Below the pieces are notes generated by a model. The model was not told where the DNA came from, made no database searches, and saw only the letters and a program-made list of their open reading frames with translations. 64,000 nucleotides of DNA from Mustelus asterias (Eukaryota), in assembly GCF_964213995.1 (NCBI RefSeq), contig NW_027590119.1:1550001-1614000 (forward strand), given 5' to 3'. Positions 48,666 through 61,443 of the stretch are shown here, one piece after another (position 1 is the stretch's first letter; each line of letters starts with the position of its first letter). Both the position numbers and the translations under genes were made by a program.

Positions 48666-50103
48666 CTCAGGATTACAAGTTGGTTTCAGATTGAAAACGA
48701 CATTTGGAGGTGATAGTTTTCCTGCATCCTTTGAGTTGGTGAAGGTTGTGGTTTGGCAGGTTCTGTCAAAGTTCTTGTCCAGATGTAGATGTATAAAGTC
48801 CTCACCGTTCATTCCCTCCCTGTTTCATCTTCATCTTTCTCCTCCCATTGAGGCTGAATTCTTGTGTATATCTGGACTGGGTGGCAGGTTTCCTGCATTG
48901 AAGGACATTAACAAACCATTTGGGTTTTTAATCACAATCCAGCAGCTTCCAGAGTCACTTCTTCCTTATGCCGGCTCCACAAATTACCAGATTCATTCAG
49001 CTCAATTTCACAACCTGCCTTTGTGTTTATCACTGTTTTTTCTCCTCTTTAAGTTAATTTGCAGCCTTGAGAAATCCATGAGCCATGTACGTATTCAGTG
49101 TGAGAGATTGCAACCCCTGAAGGAGCTGCTTCTCCACTTTTAGTTACAATTCTGTTCTGCCCCACGCTCCTGTTCGTTGGCTGCCCAGTGTGGAGGAGAC
49201 TGGGGAGGGCAGAGGATCTTTTCCTGGACCTGTTCTTGGGGCTGGTTAAAACAGTAATTTGTAGTTCAGCAGAGGGTAACTTGGCTGTGGGCCCTTCTTC
49301 TGTGGTTTCACAGTAACTTCATTACAGTGTTACTGTCAGCTTTACTTGTGACTAATAAAAATAAACTTTAACTTTCTTGTCCATGCTCGTGTGGTCCTGG
49401 AGAGGGAGCAGACAGTGTCGACTGAAACACTCGATATCTTCCACAACTCAGGGTACAGAGTGTCTCACAAACACTGGAAACAAAGTTCTGGTTTAGTTCA
49501 GATGGAAGTTCGATTGGACCACAAGATTTGGGGAAACAAGATTTGAAATAATATTCCATGGAAACTAGAATTGTTTGTTGTGATTTTCTGTCCTGTGCTG
49601 ACAGCGATACTGACTCTGTCAATGTCTTTTACAAGGTCCACAAGGGCGATGAATTGCAGATGGGAAATGAAAACCAAACATCACATCAAGAGCTGACAGA
49701 GTCACTCAATTCATCAGAACCTGAATATCATCGACCTTTAAATGTGGAAGGAGAAATGTTTGTCTGTTCTGGCGGTGGGGAACAATTTCAAACATCAGTG
49801 TGACTGGAAAAGCACCGAGACACACACCTGAGTGAGAGTGAACGGACTGGAAAGAGCTTTAACCAGTTACACAGCCTGAAAAAAACATCACACCATTCAC
49901 AGCAGAGAACCATAAGATCATAAGAATTAGGATCAGAATTAGGCCATTGGACTCATCGAGTCTGCTCCTCCATTCAATGAGATCACGGCTGATCTGATAT
50001 GACAATCAAATTTTCTGCCTTGTCCCATAACCCTTAATAGCCTTACTTAGAAGCAATACACATGTGTGTGGACAAGGCTTGAACAGACAAGAACACCTGC
50101 ACC

Positions 50104-51093
50104 ATGGAGAAACCATGGAAATGTGGGGACTGTGGGAAGGGATTCAGTTACCCATCGCTGCTGGAAATGCATCGGCGCAGTCACACTGGGGAGAGACCAT
50201 TCACCTGCTCCGTGTGCGGGAAAGGATTCATTCAGTCATCCCACCTGCTGACCCACCAGCAAGTTCACATTGAAGAGAGGCTTTTTAACCATGCTGACGG
50301 TGATCACAGCTCTAAAAGCCCTGAGGACCTGGTCACGCACCAATCTATTCACACCGAGAAACAGTTCTGCTGCTCTTACTGTGGGAAGTTATTTAAGCGA
50401 TCACAGAATCTCATTGAACACAAACGCACTCATACTGGGGAAAGGCCGTTCACCTGCTCTGTGTGTGGGAAGGGATTCACACGATCATCCCACCTCGCTA
50501 CACACCGACTGGTTCACACTGATAACAGACCTTTCAAATGTACTGAATGTGAGAAGAGTTATAAAACCACAAGTGATCTGCTGATACACCAGCGAGTTCA
50601 CAATGAGGAGCGGCCATTCAGATGTACGGTGTGTGGGAAGGGATTCACTCTGTTATCCAGCCTCCAGAAACACCAGCGAGTTCACACCGGGGAGAGGTCG
50701 TTCACCTGCTCCTTGTGTGGAAAAGGATTCATTTATTTAACCAGCCTCAGATCACACCAACTTGTTCACTCGGATAAGAAACCTTTCAAATGTTCTGAAT
50801 GTGAGAAGAGCTTTAAGACCTCAAGTGTTCTGCTGAGACACCAGCAAGTTCACTCCGGGGAGAGACCGTTCACCTGCTCTGACTGTGGAAAGGGATTCAC
50901 TCGCTCATCCAACCTGCAAACACACCAGCACATTCACACCGGGGAGAAACCGTTCACTTGCTCTGAGTGCGGGAAGGGATTTTCTCACTCATCCCACCTG
51001 CTGAGACACCAACACACTCACAATGGAGAGAGACCGTTCACCTTCTCTGAGTGTGAGATGGAATTCACTCAGTCAACCCATCTTCGAAATTGA
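50104..51093 (+). CDS. C2H2 zinc-finger gene F (10 intact fingers, 2 degenerate)
   Basis: ACCATGG start (MEKPWKC); the third finger lacks both Cys; the last finger is truncated. Confidence 0.88.
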   Translation: MEKPWKCGDCGKGFSYPSLLEMHRRSHTGERPFTCSVCGKGFIQSSHLLTHQQVHIEERLFNHADGDHSSKSPEDLVTHQSIHTEKQFCCSYCGKLFKRSQNLIEHKRTHTGERPFTCSVCGKGFTRSSHLATHRLVHTDNRPFKCTECEKSYKTTSDLLIHQRVHNEERPFRCTVCGKGFTLLSSLQKHQRVHTGERSFTCSLCGKGFIYLTSLRSHQLVHSDKKPFKCSECEKSFKTSSVLLRHQQVHSGERPFTCSDCGKGFTRSSNLQTHQHIHTGEKPFTCSECGKGFSHSSHLLRHQHTHNGERPFTFSECEMEFTQSTHLRN

Positions 51094-51789
51094 CAAATGT
51101 CTGGAGGGGTTGGATTCTGTTGTTATTGCGGCTGTCAATCACATCCAGGACTGAACCGTGTTCATTCTGACAGTTGGAGTTTGTTTTTGCTAATGTTAGT
51201 GATCGCTATAACTGGGCTGAAGTTTAATACTCTGGATAAATGTCAACTGAACTAATATTGTTTAAGACACAAAGCCGGCATCTTCATTTCTCCAGGATAA
51301 GAACAGATTAATCAATGTCTTGTTGCATTTTTGTGGCCTTTTCTCCTTTCTAACTCTATATTATTTCAGTTCTCATACCTTCAGTTACTCTCATGGACAA
51401 GTCCCAGCTCCCCATACCTTCCAGAGTGTCTTTCCTGGCATCGGAGCCCAGGGAAGGTATCAGTAACACATCCGCGATCACAAAAGATAAATCACAGTTG
51501 TTTGCACTGATCCACTGTTGCCCCAATCATTGAGGATGGTGATATTTGTGGAGCTTTCTCTCTCTGTGATTTGTTTAATTGTCCCCCACCATTCACGACT
51601 GGATGTGGGGGGACTGCAGCTTTGATCTGATCCGTTGTTTGTGGGATCGCTTGGCCCTGCCTGGAACATGCTGCCTCTGCTGTTCAGCGTGCTTATAGTC
51701 CCATGTTACAGAGTAACCAGGTTGGAATCTCAGTTTTAGGGTGCCCAGTGCTGCTCCTGACTTGTTCTCCTACACTCCATGTTGAACTA

Positions 51790-52143
51790 GGGGAGGTGAT
51801 GACTTGGTGGTATTATTGCTGAACTATTAATCCAGAAACTCAGCTAATGATTTGGGGACCGGGTTTCGAATCCTGCCACATCAGTTGGTGGAATTTGAAT
51901 TCAATAAAAAATCTGGAATTAAGAATTTACTGATGACCATAAAACCATTGTTGATTATCGTAAAAAACCCATCTGGTTCACTAATGCCCTTTAGGGAAGG
52001 AAATCTGCTCTCCTTACCCTGTCTGGCCTACATGTGACTCCCTCTGAAATGGCCTCGCAAGTCACTCAGCTCAAGGGCAACAAGGACTGGACCATAAATG
52101 CTGGCCATCCAGCAATGCCCATTTCCCACGAATTAATAAAAAA
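51790..52143 (+). mobile_element. Second, unnamed tRNA-type SINE family with A-rich tail
   Basis: B-box-like GGTTTCGAATCC at about 51862, core GGTTCACTAATGCCCTTTAGGGAAGGAAATCTG, ends AATAAAAAA; related fragments at about 12200-12345, 57680-57830, 59050-59180 and 48880-49030. Confidence 0.6.
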
Positions 52144-52214
52144 GGATTTCAAGTTGAGGACTCCCAGGATGACTCACTTGCACTGTACACCTCTGTGCTG
52201 CTCCCTCTACTCAG

Positions 52215-53390
52215 GTCTGAACTGCTGGTAGGACAGCACATTTTGGCAGGAAGGATAAAAGGGAAGCAGATTATCTAAATGGTGAGAGATTGTAGAGCTC
52301 TGAGATGCAGAGGGATCTGGGTGTTCTGGAGATTGAATAACCTGGGATTGTTCTCCCTGGAAAGATGGAGGCTGAGGCGCGACCTGATAGACGTTGATAA
52401 AATTATGAGGGGTGTGGATAGGGTGAACAGTTGGGACCTTTTTGCCAGGGCAGAAATGACAATTACAAGGCAGCACAAGTTCAAGATAAGGGGGAAAGGT
52501 TCAGTGGAGATGTGCGGGGAAGTCTTTTTACACAGAGGGTGGTGGGGGCCTGGAATGCACTGCCAAGTGAGGTGGTTGAGGCAGATACGTTAGTGACATT
52601 TAAGACTTATCTGGGTAGACACATGAACAGATGGGGAATAGAGGGATATAAGCGGTTGGTCTCGAGAGGACAATGTGATCAGCGTTGGCCGAAGGGCCTG
52701 TCCCTGTTCTTTGTTCTTTGCATGAATCACAAAAAGCTTGTCAGCAGGTAAAGCAAGTAATTAGGAAAGCTATCATTTGTGAGGGGAATTGATTACATAA
52801 ATATGGAGGTTATGCTTCAGTTATCCAGAGCACCAGTGAGACCACATCTGGAGTACGGTGTACAGTATTGGTCATCTTGTTTAAGCAAGGATGTAAATAC
52901 ATTGGAAGCAGTCGATTGACCAGACTAATGTCAGAAATGTGTGGATTATGGGTAAAGCTTGGACAGGCTAGGTTTGTGTCTGCTGGAGTTTAGAAGAGTA
53001 AGATAAATTTGATCGAAACATAGAAGATCCTGAAGGGTCTTGACAGGTTGATGTGGAGAGGATGTTTCCTTTTGTGTGAGAATCGAGAGCGAGAGGTCCC
53101 TGTTTAAAAATAAGGGTTCGCACATTTAAAACGGAGATGAGGTGAAATATTTTCTTTCAGAGGGTCGTGAACCTCTGGAACACTCTTCTGAAAAGACGGT
53201 GGAAGCAGAGTCTTTGAATATTTTTAAGGCAGATGTAGATAGATTCTTGGCAAGCAAGTGGGTGATAGATTATTGGGGGTAGGCAGGATGCAGATTTGAG
53301 GTTACTATCAGATCAGCCCTGATCTGATTAAATGGTGGAGCAGACTCAAGGGACCAAATAGCCGAATCCTGCTCCTTGATCGTGTGAGAC
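52215..53390 (+). mobile_element. Old CR1 3' region with a nested younger CR1 3' end (about 52330-52718)
   Basis: LGLFSLERWRLRRDLI and TQRVVGAWNALP motifs; two separate CR1 3' UTRs. Confidence 0.75.
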
Positions 53391-53752
53391 ATTGGCAGTA
53401 AGATATGATTCAAAGTATGACTGTGTCAGCCTGTTGCTTGACTGGACTGTTTGACTGTCGGAATGGTCATATTTAATAGTTTGTAGCTTAGTTATGTGTA
53501 ATGATCAAGTAATTGAAGCTTATTAATCAATTAACCTGATGTGATATTCTGCTGAATTGTAATACGTTAGTATCATGTAACTGGCTTTGTCTGTAACTGC
53601 ATCCTTATTTGACAAGTGAAATACATCACATGACCCGAGGCCGGTGTAAAGCTACACTTTTATACTTTAATTACAGAGTCCTGTGGATCCCATCAACTCT
53701 GGATGAGCTGAGGTCTGGAACTGTTAACCCCTCAGTGTCTCACAGCTTGCCT

Positions 53753-54040
53753 CCTGGACTTGCAGAATCTCACTGGCTGTCCTGTCTGGAGACAATACAC
53801 ATCTCTTTAACCTGTGCTTAATGCTCCCTCCACTCACATTGTCTGTATCTTTAAGACCTGGTTGGCTGTAGAGATTCGCATTCTAATCAGTATTCTGTAA
53901 CTTGATTTTGTCTCTCTGTGCACTGTTTGAGAGCACATTTCCACTCCATCTGATGAAGGAGTAGTGCTCTGAAAGCAAATGGCATTTGCTGCCAAATAAA
54001 CCTGTTGGACTTTAACCTGGTGTTGTTAAAACTCTTACTG
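53753..54040 (+). mobile_element. Penelope-like element terminal fragment with a hammerhead motif
   Basis: Reverse-complement homologue of 63700-63985; CTGATGA-AGGAGTAGTGCTCT-GAAA at 53950-53974. Confidence 0.65.
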
Positions 54041-56219
54041 CAGTCACTACAAAAACCAGCAAGTAGTTTCTTTAATCAAAATATACTGATAGTCACCTGC
54101 CCCAATGAGAACTCTAAAAGGTTGACACATCAATGAGACATTTGAAACAATGAACCCAAATGTTAACCATTGGGATTTGACACCATAAACTTGCTTATTT
54201 CAAATAAGTGACAAAGAAGATATCTTTAGGTCTCCATTATCTCAGTATAAAGCCATAAAATTTAATAAAATCACAGAAAAGGCATATGGGGCAAACTCCG
54301 TAAGTAACTGATACATTAGAGGGCCAGTCGGGAGATTGCAGGAAATGGTCAGTAGATGACCATCACCATTAAGAAACCATTCAGAAACTGATTACACACC
54401 ACCTAAATCAATCAGGGACTGATCATGGTGAACCAGAGTTCAGGAACACCATTGATCGTGCACAGGGGCTGTGTCTAGAAATGGTTAATAACCATCAGCT
54501 TTCAGCTGCCCAGTTCACACCTCAGAGAAGCTGAGCAGGAAGAAGATAGACAACAATCAACAGAACAAGAAACAGTGCCGCAGTCGGCTGGAAGTTGTGC
54601 GCCAGAGTTACAAAGTGAACTGACTGCTTCCACTGTCTTTGTTAAGTTTTGCATTTTGTACTTATGTGATTAACTTAGTAAATTCTGTAAAGCTTGGAAC
54701 AATATTTGCACCCAGTATGGTCCTGTAGCTAGTTGTAAATGAAAGTCCCTTTTAGATCAGCTCTCCCAACTAAACCCAACAACTGTAATTGACTCTAAGT
54801 CTTACATTTAAGTTGAGGTGAACCCACGTCTTTCAGAAAATCTCTGCCAACTTTGGCACAAGCCCCCAGCTGTTAGCCAGGAATTCTTTGCAGGATTAAC
54901 TTGGGAACAGTGTGCTTTTATCATTTCTGGAACCTAGGTCAATGCGGGGTGGTCAGTCTGGTTTTATCATTGACTCTTCTGTAGCAATTTGACACAACTG
55001 AATAGCTTGCTCAGGATAGAGAGCTCTGAATCTATTGTATTACCTCTGTTCTGCAGAACAAGTAACTATACTCTGTCTATTATTGCAGTGCTGTAATAAA
55101 GTCAGTTAAAGACAATCGGTTGTTGGGAGTTTGATTATCTGATGTATGAAACCACAAGATTCAATATTTAGAGTCAACAAGATGAACAAGGAAACACATC
55201 AGGGCCCAAAACTCCAGCTGGATATTCACAGGAGAAAGTCTGTTACCCAACATCTTGAGTGGACAGAACAGAGAAAGGTCCCAACTGTAAGAAACCCTCC
55301 AAACATTTGTAAATATATTTCAAATGTTGACAGGTCCCAACTCCCAGTTTCCATTAAATTGAAATCAATGAAAGATCTGAGACAGACAGTTGGGTTGAAA
55401 AAGTGCGGGGCCCACATGGACTGAGAAACCAAATCCAGGGACCACTTACACCGAGACACCAAATCCAGGCAGCATTTGCGCTTTGAAGTTGATTTATCAG
55501 GTAGAAGTTGTTTGCAATAAATCCCCAATTTTAAATTAAATCTACAAGATTTAACTATCTGGCCAGAATGAACATTCTAATTGGTAAATTCAGATGATTT
55601 ATTAACCATTAAAAGGTAGAAAGGTAACAAGTTAGAAAGATAAAAAGCAAAGTTTGAATTAACAGTGATTGACAGGAGGAGGAGAAAGCTCATCTTTAAC
55701 AATGAAACAGACTTCTCACAACTTTCCTCGGTTGATCAGGCCAAAGACGTGAAATGATCATCAGACATGATACATGTTAACAGAATGGCTACTCAAAACC
55801 TTTATTTTAACCCCTTCAACTCACATTTGCTTAACTCAAATTAGCCTCAGTGTTGAATGATAATTGATTAACTTAATTGTCTGATTGGCCCCTGACACCT
55901 ACTGGCATCTCCTGATGTCTGAGTACAAAGGTCTACTGAATAAATGAGACAGCTTGGGTAAGGTCCCATTTATTCCCAACTTAATGTAACTTGTCAAAGC
56001 CATAAATGTTTTGTGAGCTCGACCTTATCTTTCTAGATTGGCTGGAAAACATAATTTGACAGTTCTCATGATTTATGACCAGTGTACGTAAAATCATATT
56101 ATTTATTATAATAAAACATTACAGACTTTGTGTTACAGGTTATATTACCAGTCTGACAACTACAACTATTAAGTGCTGATTCTTCAATTGTCTCAGAATG
56201 AAGGTTCTTCACTTCACCA

Positions 56220-56528
56220 ATATGAGGATGTTAACCCGAGGGTCCCGTCTGCTCTCTGAGGTGAAAGATCACACGGCTTCTATTTGGAAGGAGAGGAGGG
56301 AGCTCACCCTGCTGAAACCAATATTACCCCTCACCCAATCTCACTGAAAACAGAACACTGCTCATTATCACATTGTTGATGTGGTTTACCCCACTGAAAC
56401 CAATATTACCACTCACCCAATCTCCCTAAAAACAGATCACTGCCCCTCATCACATTGCTGTTTGTGGAGGCTGACTGCGCACAGAGATGTCCTGAGGTTG
56501 TGAAAGGTGCTATATGAATGCAAATTCT
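56220..56528 (+). mobile_element. DeuSINE (SacSINE1/AmnSINE1-like) with an internal 82-bp duplication
   Basis: Deu-domain-like CCAATATT..CCCTCA.CCAA...ATCACATTGCTGTTTGTGG and tail GTTGTGAAAGGTGCTATATGAATGCAA, recognised from memory. Confidence 0.6.
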
Positions 56529-56646
56529 GTCGACTCCAGCCCAGTTACTGTACTTTGCAGCAACATCATCAACACTTCCCCAATGTCAGAATGAACAAGG
56601 TTCAGTCCTGAATCTGATTAACAACAGCAGAATCAGAGCAGAGCCG

Positions 56647-57516
56647 TCATCTGTGAACTCGCTGGTGTTTCACCAGATTGGATGATTCGGTAAATCTCTT
56701 CCCGCACTCGGAGCAGGTGAATGGCCTCTCCCCAGTGTGAATGCGCTGGTGTGTCAGCAGGTGGGATGATCGTGCAAATCCCTTTCCACACTCAGAACAG
56801 GTGAACGGCCTCACCTCAGTGTGAATTTGTTGATGTGTCAGCAGGTTGGAGGACTGACTGAATCCCTTCCCACACTTGGAGCAGATGAACGGCTTCAACC
56901 CAGTGTGAACTCGCTGATGTACAGTGAGATGAGATGATCGCCTGAACCCAGTCCCACAGTGAGAGCACTGGAACGGTCTCTCCTCAGTGTGAACAAGCTG
57001 ATGGGACATCAGTTCACCAGAACTTTTAAAGCACTTCCCGCACTCTGGACATTTGAAAGGTCTCTTGTCAGTGTGAACTCGTTGGTGTGTCTGAAGGTGG
57101 GTTGCTGTCCTGAAACTCTTCCCACACTTAGAGCAGCTGAACAGTGTGTACTCGGTGTGAATGCGCTGGTGCTCCCTCAGTCCGTGTGGGCTTTTAAAGC
57201 TCTTCTCACAATTGGAGCATTGAAACTCTCTCTTGTCAGTGTGAACTTGCTGATGTTTCAGCAGGTGGGATGAGCGAGTGAATCCGTTTCCACACACCGA
57301 GCAGGTGAACGGCCTCTCCCCGGTGTGGAGTCGCTCATGCAGCTGAAGGCAGATGAACTGAGCGAATCTCTTCCCACATACGGAACAAATGAACGGCCTC
57401 TCGCCGGTGTGTCTGCGTCGATGAATTTCCAGCTCAGATGGGGATCTGAATCCCTTCCCACAATCCACACATTTCCACCGTTTCTCCCTGGCGTGAACGG
57501 TGCTTTTTGCTTCCAT
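56647..57516 (-). CDS. C2H2 zinc-finger gene H (10 fingers)
   Basis: ATG at 57516 (MEAKSTVHAREKRWKC); the frame stays open upstream to near a candidate acceptor ttttacag at 57621. Confidence 0.9.
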   Translation of the reverse strand: MEAKSTVHAREKRWKCVDCGKGFRSPSELEIHRRRHTGERPFICSVCGKRFAQFICLQLHERLHTGERPFTCSVCGNGFTRSSHLLKHQQVHTDKREFQCSNCEKSFKSPHGLREHQRIHTEYTLFSCSKCGKSFRTATHLQTHQRVHTDKRPFKCPECGKCFKSSGELMSHQLVHTEERPFQCSHCGTGFRRSSHLTVHQRVHTGLKPFICSKCGKGFSQSSNLLTHQQIHTEVRPFTCSECGKGFARSSHLLTHQRIHTGERPFTCSECGKRFTESSNLVKHQRVHR

Positions 57517-58004
57517 GTTCAAAGGCCGATGATATTCAAGTCCTGATGAATCGAGTGACTCCGTCAGATTTTGATGTGATGTTTGGTTTGACTTTCCTGA
57601 TCGTGAACCTTTCAAATATTCTGTAAAATGAATTTAAGACAGAATCAAGGAAATATAAAAGAGAACCCAGAAAAACACATAGGCAGGTTGTGAAATTGAG
57701 CTAAATTAATCTTGTAATTTGTGGGGCCAGCGCTAGGAAAAAGTGACCCTGAAAACTGCTGGTTTCTCATAAAAACCCAACTGGTTCACTAATGTTCTTT
57801 AGGGAAGGGAACCTGCCGCCCAGTCGAGGCTTACACAAGGCTCTGGCTTCTATGGGAGGAGAGAGAGAGGTGAAGGAGAGGGTAAAAGAGATGAACTTCA
57901 TAGATCTGCAACTGAATTTGAATTTTGAAAGAATCTCCCAAACCCATAACTCCACCCACTGGAAAGATAAGAGCAGCCGGTGCCTGGAAAAACCATCACC
58001 TCCA

Positions 58005-58250
58005 AGACACACACCAGCGAGTTCAGACTGGGGAGAGACCAGACTCCTGCTCCACATGTGAGAAAGATACAATCGATCATCCAATCAGCTGACACACCAG
58101 CGAGTTCAGCAGTGATTACTGAGATTGGATTCTGCTGCTGTTAATGACATCCAAGACTGAATTCTGTTCATTCTGATAGTTTGGGTTTGTTTCTGTTGAT
58201 GTTTATAATCTCTATAACTGGACTGGATGTTTAATATTCTGGAACTTGGC
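58005..58250 (+). pseudogene. 3' remnant of a ZNF gene (last ~1.5 fingers plus conserved 3' UTR)
   Basis: cacaccagcgagttcagactggggagagacc... followed by TTGGATTCTGCTGCTGTTAATGACATCCAAGACTGAA. Confidence 0.7.
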
Positions 58251-58333
58251 TTGTTTTACCTTGTGACCCTTACTCTTCTAATAAAGTATCTTTCTTTGGT
58301 CTGTAGCAAATAGTGATTTACTTGTAATTTTTT

Positions 58334-58995
<662 letters not shown>

Positions 58996-59179
58996 TGACA
59001 CTGAATTTAAAAGAAAAAAAAAGTGAGAGAGAACCCACAAAAACACAAAGGCAGGTTGTGAAATGGAGCTGAACGAATCTGGTCATTTGTGGGGCCGGCA
59101 CCAGGAAAAAGTGACCATGAAAATTCTGGAGTGTCATAAAAACCCAAGTGATTCACTGATGTCCTGCAGGGAAGGGATT

Positions 59180-60218
59180 GAATGTCACCCATTCAATAGG
59201 ATCATGGCTGATCTGACATTCCTCATGTCCACTTTCTTGCCCTTTTCCCGTAACCCTTGATTTCCTTACTGTTCAAAAATATACACAAGGGCTTTGCCCC
59301 CACAACTCTCTGTGGCAAGGAGTTGCAAAGACTCTCAACCCTCTGGGAGAAGAAATTGCTCCTGATCTCAGTCTTAAATTGGCACCTTTTATTCTGAGAC
59401 TGTGCCCTCTGGTCCCAGACTCTCCCATGAGAGGAAACATCCGCTCAGCATTTACCTTGTCAAGTCCCTTAAGAATCCGATATGCTTCAATGAGATCACC
59501 CCTCATTCTTCTCAATTCTAATGAGGAGAGTCCCAACCTGTTTAACCTTTCCTCATAAAACAATCCCTCCATAACGGGGATAATCCAAGTGAATCTACTG
59601 TGAACTGCCTCCAATGAAATAATATTTTTCCTTAAATAAGGAGACCAAAACTGCTCACAGTCCTCCAGATATGGTCTCGCCAGTACCTTGTACAGTTGCA
59701 GCAAGACTTCCCTACTCATATACTCCAACCACAGTGGCACTGCAGTTAGCACTGCTGCTTCACAGCGCCAGAGACCCGGGTTCAATTCCTGGCTTGGGTC
59801 ACTGTCTGTGTGGAGTTTGCACATTCTCCCTGTGTCTGCGTGGGTTTCCTCCGGGTGCTCCGGTTTCCTCCCACAGTCCAAAGATGTGCAGGTTAGGTGA
59901 ACTAGTCATGCTAAAGTCTCCCTCAGTGTACCTGAACAGGCGCCGGAGTGTGGCGACTAGTGGATTTTCACAGTAACATCATTGCATTGTTAATGTAAGC
60001 CTACTTGTGACAAATAAATAAACTTTACTTTACTTGAAATAAGGGCCAACATTCTATTAGGCTTCCTGATTACCAACTGCACCTGTGTGCTAGGTTTCTG
60101 TGTTTTGTGCAGAAGTCCCCCAAGCCCTGTTGTGTTGCAGCTTTACAGCCTTTTCCCCAATTAAATAATACCCCCCTGCTCTCCCTTCCAAAATGAACAG
60201 TTTCACATTTTCCCACAT
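59180..60218 (-). mobile_element. CR1 3' portion, interrupted by a SINE at 59730..60033
   Basis: LLQLYKVLARPYLEDCEQFWSPYLRK...RRMRGDLIE in ORF 59273..59881. Confidence 0.85.
59730..60033 (+). mobile_element. HE1/V-SINE-like SINE (CTTGTGACAAATAAATAAA tail type)
   Basis: B box GGTTCAATTCC; same tail as 12716..13011. Confidence 0.9.
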
Positions 60219-60450
60219 TATCATAGAGTCCCTACAGTGCAGAAGGAGGACATTCAACTCATGGGTCGCACTAATTCTCTCACATAGTATCTTACCCAGA
60301 GCCTCTCTCCCACCCTATCCCCATACCCTCACACATTTACCATGGCTAATCCATCTAACCTACATGTCTTGGGACACTAAGGGAAATGGCCAACCCACTT
60401 AATCTGCACATCTCTGGACTGTGGGAGAAAACCAGAGCATCTGGAGGAAA

Positions 60451-60787
60451 CGGCGGCACGGTAGCACAGTGGTTAGCACTGCTGCTTCACAGCTCCAGGG
60501 TCCCGGGTTCGATTCCCGGCTCGGGTCACTGTCTGTGTGGAGTTTGCACATTCTCCTCGTGTCTGCGTGGGTTTCCTCCGGGTGCTCCGGTTTCCTCCCA
60601 CAGTCCAAAGATGTGTGGGTTAGGTTGATTGGCCAGGTTAAAAAATTGCACCTTAGAGTCCTGTGATGCGTAGGTTAGAGGGATTAGCGGGTAAATATGT
60701 GGGGGTAGGGCCTGGGTGGGATTGTGATCGGTGCAGACTCGATGGGCCGAATGGCCTCCTTCTGCACTGTAGGGTTTCTATGATTCT
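60451..60787 (+). mobile_element. Full-length HE1-like SINE inserted into an older antisense SINE (60219..60450, resuming at about 60793)
   Basis: Intact A box TAGCACAGTGG, B box GGTTCGATTCC, and CR1-like tail GGGCCGAATGGCC...TTCTATGATTCT. Confidence 0.92.
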
Positions 60788-61443
60788 TTCTATGAAACCC
60801 ACACAGAGGAAAGCTGCTGGATTATCAGAAAAACCCAAGTGTTATGCTGATGTCTGTCAAGAAAGGAAATCTGGCACCTGGTCTCGATAAGAATCTGGGC
60901 ACTGAGTGGAGACAGAGAGAAGTAGAAGGGGCCGGGGTGAAGGAGAGGGATTTTATACATCTAGAACTCAATGAGAACTTTGACAGAATCTCCCAAATCC
61001 TCAACCTCCACCACCTAGAAGGACCGAGGTAGTAGGTAGATGTGAACGCCATCACCTCCGAGTTTCTCCCCCCACAACTCACACACCACCCTGACTTGTC
61101 TGACATCCAGTACTAAAAGAACTGAAACTTCGTTCATATAAACACTGGGAAGACTGAACCCATTGTCTTCAGTCCCCACTACAAACTCCACTCCCTCACC
61201 AGCAACTCTATCTTCCTGGTAACTGTCTGAGGCTGAACCAAACTGTTCACAACCAGGGTGAAATATTTCACCCCAAGATGAGCTTCCAACCACATATCCA
61301 CATCATCATCAAAACCGCCTATTTCCATCTCAGTGATATCGCCCGACTCCACCCCAGTCTCAGTTCATCTGGAACTCTCATCCACTCCAATGTGACGTGG
61401 AGCTCAAGGGAATGGAACTGACCAAATTGCTCCACAGAGAGTA

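Noticed and set aside
54050-56200. AT-rich unassigned region, possibly solo LTRs (also 30830-31770)
   Set aside because: No paired LTRs, primer-binding site, target duplication or coding motif could be established by eye; needs a repeat-library search.
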